Source: an uncultured Kiritimatiellota bacterium (GTDB taxonomy: Bacteria > Verrucomicrobiota > Kiritimatiellia > RFP12 > UBA1067). Taken from it: 64,000 nt of DNA. Location: positions 2,587 through 66,586 of the forward strand of contig CAKUCX010000002.1 in assembly GCA_934643865.1 (NCBI GenBank), read 5' to 3'. The stretch's first letter is position 1; each line of letters opens with the position of its first letter. A program made the position numbers and the translations under genes. A model generated the notes under the pieces. That model searched no databases, had not been told where the DNA came from, and saw nothing but the letters and a program-made list of their open reading frames with translations. Below are positions 10,111-18,200 of the stretch, piece by piece.

Positions 10111-11616
10111 ATGACTGTGCTTGAATTGTCAAATGAAAAGGCGTTGCAGTTCTTTATGGATCCGCAGAGTTACGGATCTACGGAGTTGCCGCCTTATTTT
10201 GATTTTTCAAGGACTTTGAATGTTGCTGAGTCATATATTGGACGCGTACGGGTTTCAAAGACACTTCTGCGCAAGGCGAGTGACGTTGAGGGGGTGAATT
10301 ATACCCTCGTGGATAATAAAGATGGCAAATATGCATGGCGACCGTTGCAATTTATTCATCCATTTCTCTATGCAAAACTTTGCCATGAGATAACTGCACC
10401 CGAAAATTGGGTCTTAATTTGTTCCAGATTCAAAGAGTTCGCTGGGATTCCGGCTATTCGATGCGCAAGTTATCCGTTGGTTAAGACTGTGAAGCCAAAA
10501 ATCAAGGCGGAACAGATCCTTGGCTGGTGGTCGAAGTTTGAGCAAGAATCGTTGGTGTCGGCGATGCGATATCGTTCCATGATTGTTACAGATGTGACAG
10601 ATTGCTATGGCTCAATTTATACGCATTCAATCGCTTGGGCATTACATGGAAAGGACGTTGCGAAGCAGAACAGGGATGGCTCTTTGCTCGGTAATACGAT
10701 AGATCGGTATATTCGTGCCATGCGATATGGCCAGACGAATGGCATCCCGCAGGGGTCAGTGTTGATGGATTTTATAGCTGAGATCGTTCTAGGAAGCATT
10801 GATGAGTGCCTCTATAAGAAACTGGAAGAGGAGAATATTCACGGATATGAGATACTGAGATATCGTGATGATTATCGCATTTTTGTCAACGATACTTCGA
10901 TCGGCGAAAAGGTCTTAAAGACATTGACGATTGTTCTTGCTGAATATGGCATGCGGCTCAATTCGGCGAAAACAAAGATGTCTGTCGATATAGTACGGGA
11001 TTCGGTTAAGGCCGATAAGGTTGCCTGGTTCTCGATTGAAAAGAATTATGAAACGTTGACAGCGGAAAAGAAGTTGTTGCTGCTATACGATCATGCGTCA
11101 CGGTTCCCCAACGCGGGCAGTGTGATGAAACCATTGGTTGATCTGCCAGAGGCGATTAAGTCTGCCTACTTTGGTGATCGGAATCAGATATCGGCCTGTA
11201 TATCAATCGCGACGGAGTTGGCCTATCGTAATCCACGTTGTTATCAATTGTGCATGGCTGTTGTGGCTCAGTTGTTGGACAGAATGGATGTTGTGACGCG
11301 CAGAGAAGTCGCAGGGGACATCTTGACTAAGTTTGGCCATTTGCCGAATACTGGTAGCTTGCAACTGTGGCTTCAGAGAATTATGATTCCATGTGGAATA
11401 TCTCTGGATTATCCTGAGGCGCTGTGTAAACGTGTTGAGAATGTGCCATGTAAGATATGGGAGAATGGATGGCTGGTAGAAGAGCCGGAGCTCGCTAATG
11501 CATTGGAAAGTGCGGAGATTGTGAACAATGAAGTTTTGCGTAACATCAATCCAACGATGTCGGATGATGAGATCAATCTCTTCATCATGCATTATCAGGA
11601 AAATTATCAGGGATAA
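10111..11616 (+). CDS. Reverse transcriptase of the defence-associated Abi/UG type (~500 aa, RT domain plus alpha-helical C-terminal region). No intron or retron RNA structure is evident.
   Basis: RBS GAGGAAG ~10 nt upstream of ATG 10111 (the track start at 10102 is a TTG). RT motifs: A = IVTDVTDCYGSIYTHSI, B' = NGIPQGSVLMDFIAEIVLG, C = ILRYRDDYRIFVN (YxDD), D = GMRLNSAKTKM. It begins 15 nt after the PHP-ATPase stop. Confidence 0.75.
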   Translation: MTVLELSNEKALQFFMDPQSYGSTELPPYFDFSRTLNVAESYIGRVRVSKTLLRKASDVEGVNYTLVDNKDGKYAWRPLQFIHPFLYAKLCHEITAPENWVLICSRFKEFAGIPAIRCASYPLVKTVKPKIKAEQILGWWSKFEQESLVSAMRYRSMIVTDVTDCYGSIYTHSIAWALHGKDVAKQNRDGSLLGNTIDRYIRAMRYGQTNGIPQGSVLMDFIAEIVLGSIDECLYKKLEEENIHGYEILRYRDDYRIFVNDTSIGEKVLKTLTIVLAEYGMRLNSAKTKMSVDIVRDSVKADKVAWFSIEKNYETLTAEKKLLLLYDHASRFPNAGSVMKPLVDLPEAIKSAYFGDRNQISACISIATELAYRNPRCYQLCMAVVAQLLDRMDVVTRREVAGDILTKFGHLPNTGSLQLWLQRIMIPCGISLDYPEALCKRVENVPCKIWENGWLVEEPELANALESAEIVNNEVLRNINPTMSDDEINLFIMHYQENYQG

Positions 11617-11634
11617 GTTTCAGAGGGGATTAAC

Positions 11635-12306
11635 ATGCGAAAATTTCGTAAAGGAATAAATCTGGAAGCGAGAATCAAATCGCTGGAGTTGACAAGGCGT
11701 TGGCTTGTGTTATGTGGTGGCTTACTGTCGTTGTTTGGTCTATCTCTTGGCGGTATGCTTTACAATGGATACTGCTTGTTGAAGGAGCGTGAAGCGGAGT
11801 TGAGGTCGGATTTTTCAAGGGTCACGATGGAATATATTTCGGCGACAAATGATTTGGCGGCGGTGCGAGCGGAGAGTCAATCTACGGCAATGACGGTCGC
11901 AAAGAAATGCGAAGAGCTGACGGGGCTGTGTTCTGAGATTGTGAGAAAAGCAGAAACAGCGAATGAGCTGGTGGAAGAGATCGGGTCGGATTGTCGTCTT
12001 GCACAAGACATGATTCGTAATCTTGATGAGTATGTTGCCAAGAGCTTAAAGACGTCTCCGCAAAGGTTTACAGTTGATGTGTCAGGGACCATGGCAAAAT
12101 GTACGCTTGTTGATGGTGTTGGCGTTCCATATTCAAGAACGGTGGCGGGGACGAGGGCAAACGCGTTGGTTGTTGTTCCTTCTGGATGTGTCTGCGTTGT
12201 GAGGCTTTCTGGGAAGATGTGTCGTGTCAGAATTCAATCTAAGATTCGCGACCGTGTTATTGTGGAGAATGGCGGTAAGATGGGTAAGGTTGAGTACTTT
12301 GATTAA
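11635..12306 (+). CDS. Small protein (223 aa) with a single N-terminal transmembrane helix (WLVLCGGLLSLFGLSLGGMLY) and a beta-rich Cys-containing C-terminal part. It is the last gene of the operon.
   Basis: ORF 18 nt downstream of the RT stop, with RBS-like gagggga. Hydrophobic stretch at aa ~22-43. Confidence 0.45.
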   Translation: MRKFRKGINLEARIKSLELTRRWLVLCGGLLSLFGLSLGGMLYNGYCLLKEREAELRSDFSRVTMEYISATNDLAAVRAESQSTAMTVAKKCEELTGLCSEIVRKAETANELVEEIGSDCRLAQDMIRNLDEYVAKSLKTSPQRFTVDVSGTMAKCTLVDGVGVPYSRTVAGTRANALVVVPSGCVCVVRLSGKMCRVRIQSKIRDRVIVENGGKMGKVEYFD

Positions 12307-12378
12307 GACAGAAAAGGCAAGCGTATGGTAATCCGCGGACATTGATAGTACTCGGGAGAAGAGAGCGGTTTAGACAAC

Positions 12379-13527
12379 ATGAAGACGCAAACGGCAACAG
12401 TAAAGATGACGAAAGCCACCATGAAGCGGCTGAAGGGCTTTGATTACAAGAAGCTCTATTTCTACATGGTGACGCTGAAACGCCGGAAAGGCCTGCGGCC
12501 ATTTTGCGAGATTACGAAGGTGAAAGAGCCGCCAAAAGACGCAAAGGGAAGACCGCGCTATCTAATCGCCAACGAGTTGACCGAGGCTTTTTCGCGTGTG
12601 ATCAGCGAGTTTCACACGAAGTGGTGGGGTATTTGGCCGATCGAATGCTTCATTATCATGCCCGATCATCTTCACCTACTGATCCACATCAAAGATACTG
12701 GCGATCAGATGGCGCTTGGGAAGTATGTTTACCAGTTGATGAAGGCGCTTGCGGTGGAATACTGGCGCTTGACGGGGCAGGATGTGGCCGGACGGGGCCG
12801 GCCACACAACACTCTTATCGAAGAGAAAGGGGGCTCTTTTAATCAGAGTGGTGTGTTGCCCGCTCCATCGTGCAACATTCCCCAGCCCGCTCCATCGGGC
12901 AACACCTTCCAGTCCGCTCCATCGGGCAACAATGCGAAGCTCGCCCCCATCTTCGAGCGCGATTGGCATGATTGGATTGTTAAGAAAGACGGGCAGCTTG
13001 CGGCCTTTACGCGCTACATTCGCGAAAACCCCGAGCGGGCTTGGCTCAGGCAACAGAACCGGCAGTATTTCGGCACGGTTCTGAAAGTTTCCTTTCTCGG
13101 GCGTGAGTGGTTCGCCTACGGCAATCTGGCGATTCTTGAGTTGCCGGTCTTGAAGGCAGTGAAGGGCCATCGCGCCACGAAGCCTGGTTCGCCCGAATGG
13201 CAGGCGCTCGTTGATGAATGTGCGCGCATCGGGCCGGGCGGCGCAGGCGTGGGCACGTTCATGAGCCCGCTGGAGAAAGAATGCGGCAACGCCATCGCCG
13301 CAGCCGGCGGCAAGTGGGTGGTCCTCTCGCCTGAGGGCTTCCATGAACGTTGGCATCCAGTGCGGCAATACGAAAAGTATTGCGCCGAAGGGCGAATGCT
13401 CTTCCTCTCGCTTTATCCGGTGATGGATCGCCAGCCGACCAAGCAGGAGCTTTACCATCGCTGCCACGAGATGGGTGATATCGCGGTGGCAGGGCTAGGT
13501 GGTAGTGACTGCGGAAATGTTGTATAA
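12379..13527 (+). CDS. IS200/IS605-family Y1 (HUH) transposase, RAYT-like, carrying an in-frame ~55-aa REP/tandem-repeat insertion between its HUH motif and its catalytic Tyr motif.
   Basis: KLYFYMVTLKRRKGL (first beta-strand, cf. YHxVWxxKYRR), IMPDHLHLLIHI (HUH) at aa ~94-104, FTRYIRENPERAW (YIxxNP Tyr motif) at aa ~210-220. HUH-to-Tyr spacing is ~114 aa, which becomes ~60 aa (canonical) once the repeat-encoded segment is removed. Confidence 0.65.
   Translation: MKTQTATVKMTKATMKRLKGFDYKKLYFYMVTLKRRKGLRPFCEITKVKEPPKDAKGRPRYLIANELTEAFSRVISEFHTKWWGIWPIECFIIMPDHLHLLIHIKDTGDQMALGKYVYQLMKALAVEYWRLTGQDVAGRGRPHNTLIEEKGGSFNQSGVLPAPSCNIPQPAPSGNTFQSAPSGNNAKLAPIFERDWHDWIVKKDGQLAAFTRYIRENPERAWLRQQNRQYFGTVLKVSFLGREWFAYGNLAILELPVLKAVKGHRATKPGSPEWQALVDECARIGPGGAGVGTFMSPLEKECGNAIAAAGGKWVVLSPEGFHERWHPVRQYEKYCAEGRMLFLSLYPVMDRQPTKQELYHRCHEMGDIAVAGLGGSDCGNVV
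12781..12934 (+). repeat. REP/MITE-like element, copy 3. The core hairpin variant tgtggccggacggggccggccaca and tail are followed by three tandem ~27-bp units (c[ca]g[ct]ccgctccatcgggcaaca-like). All of it is in-frame inside the RAYT-like transposase gene.
   Basis: Direct reading. It translates as AGRGRPHNTLIEEKGGSFNQSGVLPAPSCNIPQPAPSGNTFQSAPSGNN, which sits between the HUH motif and the catalytic Tyr motif of the transposase. Confidence 0.8.
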
Positions 13528-13544
13528 TTTTAACGGAGGCTCTT

Positions 13545-15200
13545 ATGTCATTACCAGTAAACATTGACGACCTGATCAACCACCGCAAGGTGGAGTGGGC
13601 TCGTATCGAGTACAAGGAAGGGTGGAATCCAGAGCGGATTGTCCACACGATCTGCGCTTTTGCCAATGACATCGATAACTGGGGCGGCGGATATGTCATT
13701 ATCGGCATTGCCGAGGAAAACGGGCGTCCCGTGTTCCCGGTAAAGGGGATTGGGCCGAATGAGGTGGATCATATTCAGAAGGAGTTGCTGAACGTCTGTC
13801 ATCTCATCGAGCCGGTCTATATGCCGGTCGTCGAGCCGTGCGTGTACGAGGGCAAGCATCTACTGATCGTCTGGGTGCCGGGTGGGTGTGAGCGTCCGTA
13901 TAAATGCCCAGAGCATATTGTCAAGGACGTCAAGTCGCCAAAGGCTTACTATATCCGCAAACTAGCGAGCACCGTCAAGGCGACACGTCAGGACGAGAAA
14001 GAACTCTTTGAGCTGACTGGGGATGTGCCGTTTGATGACCGCCCGAATGTTCATGCCGACATTACCGACCTCAAGATGAATCTGCTGGTCGAGTATCTAC
14101 ATGAGGTCGGAAGTGATCTCGCGAGCAATGCCGAGGACATGTCGGTCGCCGATGTAGCCCGTAACATGCAGATTGCGGCCGGACCGGCTGAATGCTTCAA
14201 GCCGAAGAATGTGGGACTTATGTTCTTCAATCCGCATCCTGAGAATTTCTTCCGTTGCGCATGGATTGATGTCGTTGACAAACCAGATCCGACCGGCGAG
14301 GGTATGGTCGAGCAAACGTTCCGGGGGCCGCTTCATGTGCAGCTCCGCTCGGCGCTTGACTACATCAGGAACCGCTTTCTGCGTGAAAAGATATTCAAAT
14401 ACGATGATCGGCCAGAGGCTGGCCGATTCTGGAACTACCCCTATCGTGCCATCGAAGAGGTGCTTGCAAACGCCGTCTATCACAAGTCGTATCGAATTGC
14501 AGAGCCTATTACCGTCGTGGTGACACCCGAGGCGATGACGATTTCAAGTCTGCCCGGGCCAGAACGGTCAATAACGGATGCCGATCTCGCTGCTTGTCGT
14601 ATGATTGGCCTCCACTATCGCAACCGTCGTATCGGAGACTTCCTCAAGGAACTCGACCTGGTTGAAGGGCGTAATACGGGCATTCCTGTTGTCGTGAATG
14701 TCATGCGTGAGAACGGGTCGCCGCCGCCAGTCTTTTCGTCTCCCGAAAATCGAGATTGGCTCACCGTCACGTTGCCGGTCAATCCTCATTTCTGTGAAAT
14801 GGAGAGTTCCATTTCACAGAGAACTGCATTGAAAACTGCATTAACTTCGCATAGAGAAACAAACAACGATAATGACGAAGAAAGTGGTGAATTGGCGGAT
14901 CATGGGCGCATTGCCGAAGTTATGACGGCTGAAGAGGAGTTGGAGCATATAAAAGTTGCGCTGAAAACTGCGCTGAAAACTGCGCTGATACACCGCCCTG
15001 CCAAGGTAGTTGAAAGAATGGGAATTTTGCTACAACAATTGCTTAGGGATAAAGATATCACGATCGTTGCGTTGGCGAGTTTTCTTGGTGCTTCCAGGAG
15101 AACTGTTCAGGAGGATATTGCCGTTTTGAAGAACCTCAAGGTTCTAAATCGCATCGGCCCAGACAATGGTGGTGAATGGGTTGTTCTTCTCCGTTTCTGA
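13545..15200 (+). CDS. AlbA_2 (Schlafen-like) domain, HATPase_c-like domain and a C-terminal winged-HTH: a putative regulator of the type common in defence islands.
   Basis: N-terminus HRKVEWARIEYKEGW (AlbA_2 E..EFK-type motif). Mid/C region LHYRNRRIGDFLKELDLVEGRNTGIPVVVNVMRENGSPPPVF (HATPase_c_4-like). ALKTALKTAL repeat, then ...ASFLGASRRTVQEDIAVLKNLKVLNRIG (wHTH). Confidence 0.6.
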   Translation: MSLPVNIDDLINHRKVEWARIEYKEGWNPERIVHTICAFANDIDNWGGGYVIIGIAEENGRPVFPVKGIGPNEVDHIQKELLNVCHLIEPVYMPVVEPCVYEGKHLLIVWVPGGCERPYKCPEHIVKDVKSPKAYYIRKLASTVKATRQDEKELFELTGDVPFDDRPNVHADITDLKMNLLVEYLHEVGSDLASNAEDMSVADVARNMQIAAGPAECFKPKNVGLMFFNPHPENFFRCAWIDVVDKPDPTGEGMVEQTFRGPLHVQLRSALDYIRNRFLREKIFKYDDRPEAGRFWNYPYRAIEEVLANAVYHKSYRIAEPITVVVTPEAMTISSLPGPERSITDADLAACRMIGLHYRNRRIGDFLKELDLVEGRNTGIPVVVNVMRENGSPPPVFSSPENRDWLTVTLPVNPHFCEMESSISQRTALKTALTSHRETNNDNDEESGELADHGRIAEVMTAEEELEHIKVALKTALKTALIHRPAKVVERMGILLQQLLRDKDITIVALASFLGASRRTVQEDIAVLKNLKVLNRIGPDNGGEWVVLLRF

Positions 15201-15210
15201 GGTGACTAAC

Positions 15211-18200
15211 ATGATGCCATCTATCGTAGGCAGAGAATTGGAAGAGCGCTTCGCGTGCCTCTTGAAGACACAGTTTTGTGTTCGGGAGGATGGTGGATTT
15301 CGCCATCTCTGGGAGGACTTTTTCTCACGTGGCGAGAAACTCATCAAGGGACCATATCTTGAGCTGCCGCTACCATACCGGAAGTCCACCGATGCCGCAG
15401 CGCTTACCCGATTTTCGCCTGCGATAGAAAAGCTGCCGTTTCCGCCATACAAACATCAGGTTCGGGCATTCGACAGGATCGGGGCCTTCAAGTCGACGCT
15501 TGTCGCGACAGGCACGGGTTCCGGCAAGACGGAATGCTTCTCGTTGCCGATCCTCGCGCACTGTGCAAAGTACGCTGGCGAGAATGGCATAAGGGCGATA
15601 TTGATCTACCCGATGAATGCGCTCGCCACAGACCAGGCAAAACGCCTCGCGGAGCTTATTTGCAAGAATGCAGGGCTTAAGGGCGTCCGAGTCGGCTTGT
15701 ATATTGGCGAGGGCAAGTCGAGACGCGGCGGGGCGCGGGCATCGCGCCCTGCCACGTGGCGCGAGGTTGGTTATGACGCAGCAACGCAGTCGTACCATGT
15801 CATCACTGACCGAGGGACTATTCTAAACGAACCGCCGCACATACTGCTTACCAACTACAAGATGCTGGACTACCTCCTTCTCCGGCCGAAGGAGAGGATA
15901 CTCTGGCGGTTCAACAAGAATCCGGACATTTTTAAGTTCCTGGCCGTCGACGAGCTTCACACATTTGACGGTGCGCAGGCCGCAGACCTTGCCTGCTTGC
16001 TGAGGCGTCTGAAGGAATACCTCAGGCTACCGGATGAGAACCTTTGCTGCATTGGAACATCCGCAACTCTCGGTTCGTCCGACAAGGCGTCCGACGGCAT
16101 AAGGAAATACGCAGAAAAAGTATTCAGCTCGTCCTTCCCGCCAGAATCGCTCGTCACGGAAGACAGATACACTTTTGACGAGATGGCCGCCGGGACCAAA
16201 GATCCGATTTTTGCCATGCCGGTGGCAAGGACGCTCTTCGGGGCACTAAAGGGTCCGTCGAAAACCCCGGACTCACTGTCGGACATCGTAGTCAAGGCGG
16301 CGGACGACGAACTCTGGGACAATGCCCCTAAGACCAAGCATGAGGCCAGCGAAATGATACTGGACTTCTGCGGCAAGCTTTCTAAGCTGCGTGCTGATAA
16401 AGGCAGGGACTACCCGGACGTCAAGTTCCAGTACTGGATTCGGGAAATGGCCAGACTCGTGGCAAACGTTCCGTACGAGTTGAGCGACGGTGGATTGCGG
16501 CCCCAGCTGCGCTTTGCCGACGACCTGGAAGACCCTGACAGGATGATAGACGGCAAGGTTCGCCACTTTCCGCTCGACAACTGCAACGTCTGCGGTGCAA
16601 CGGCATGGATCGGGCTTATCGGCCGCGACGGAGCTCATGTCGAAGGAACTCGTCGTCAGATATACAACGAGTATTTTGCGCATCACGGCGGAGAGGACGT
16701 CAGGTTCCTTTATCCGCTTGCAGGGGGCGGCGGTCACGCGGGACGCGTGACCCTACCAATCAAGAAGCTTTGCGGAAAGTGCTGCCGCCTGAACCCTGAT
16801 TCTGCCGAGAAGTGTGAATGCGGGAACGACAAGCTTATTCGCGTCGCGGTGGCCAAGAATGGCGACGCTTGCCCCTGGTGCGGTCATGACCACGGAAACA
16901 GGCTGCTCGTCGGCATGCGATCTGCAACCATGCTTTCGACATGCATATCCACGCTGACCACTTCTCCGCACAACGGCGACAAGAAGATACTGACGTTCAG
17001 CGACAATGTGCAGGACACGTCGCAACGCGCCGGATTCTTCGGAGGTCGGACGTGGGCGGCGACGTTTCGGGCGCACCTCGCGCAGTATTTCACTTCGCTT
17101 GGGGTGGAAGAAGTCGGCTACAGTAAGTTTATCGACGGCTTTTACGCCTATCTAAAGAAACGACTTTCAGACGACAGGGATATTCTTGCCGAGCTGATCC
17201 CACAGGATTTGAAATGGCTCAATGCGTGGCGCGCGCTCAAGGGGAACGATCCTCCAGTTCCCGATGCACGTACCATGAAGGCGTTGATGGCGCGCCTCAG
17301 GTGGGAGATCGCGATGGAGCTTGGCTGCGGCCAGCACCTTGGCAGAACACTTGAACGTATGGGTGTTCTGCGGCTAGAGATGGCGATCCCTGACTCTCTT
17401 GCTGAGGAGGAGCGGCGCTTTCTTGAACGGATCACCCCAGACATGGTAAAGGCTGGGGCATTTGAGGACCTGGCGTTGCTGAACTCCAAGGGCGATGCCT
17501 GGTCATCAATCCTTACGACCGCCCTGAATCGTGGCGGCATAAAGTTCATTAATGGACTTGATGCGGCTGGAATCCCCGTGTACAAGTCCAAGCGTTCCGC
17601 GGAACCTCGCGTTCCAGGCACAACCTTAGGCAAGAAGAAGTATGCCATACTGAGTGAGATAGCCGATCCGCGCGATGCAGAGATGCTTGCGCTGCTGGCG
17701 AAGAAAGGTATCGTTCGCGAGTTCACGCACACGGACGGCACTACAAAGTATTGGTATCTGTCCATAGGGTCCCTTGTCGTCCGAAAGCATCCTGATGCGT
17801 GCGCGTGCGCCGAGAATCCTTTTCACAAGCAGTATCTCAGTGGCGACATACACAGGGTTAACCCCGCTGAGCATACAGGTCTCTTGAAAAGAGAAGAACG
17901 CGAGGCCCTCGAGACCCGGTTCAAGGCAAAGGACTCGCGCAAGTGGGACCCGAACCTCATTTCCGCTACGCCGACGCTTGAGATGGGCGTGGACATCGGC
18001 GATCTTTCGAGCGTTCTTCTTTGCAGTGTCCCGCCGACGCAGTCGAAGTTCATTCAGCGTGTAGGCCGTTCCGGGCGCAGGAACGGAAGTGCGCTCAACA
18101 TCACGGTCGCGGCTTCCTCGCCGCACGACCTATACTTCTTCCGGGACCCGGCGGCGATGATCTCCGGCAGCGTGACCTCGCCTGGTGTGTTTCTTGACGC

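Noticed and set aside
12841-12934. Possible CRISPR-like array (three ~27-bp direct repeats)
   Set aside because: Only three units with no unique spacers between them (the units are contiguous), they are in-frame inside a CDS, and there are no cas genes. This is a tandem repeat belonging to the REP-like element, not CRISPR.
12504-13467. ORFs 12504..12842 (+) and 12676..13467 (-) overlapping the transposase gene
   Set aside because: They are alternative frames of the RAYT-like gene region. The HUH and Tyr motifs are both in the 12379..13527 frame, which is therefore the coding frame.
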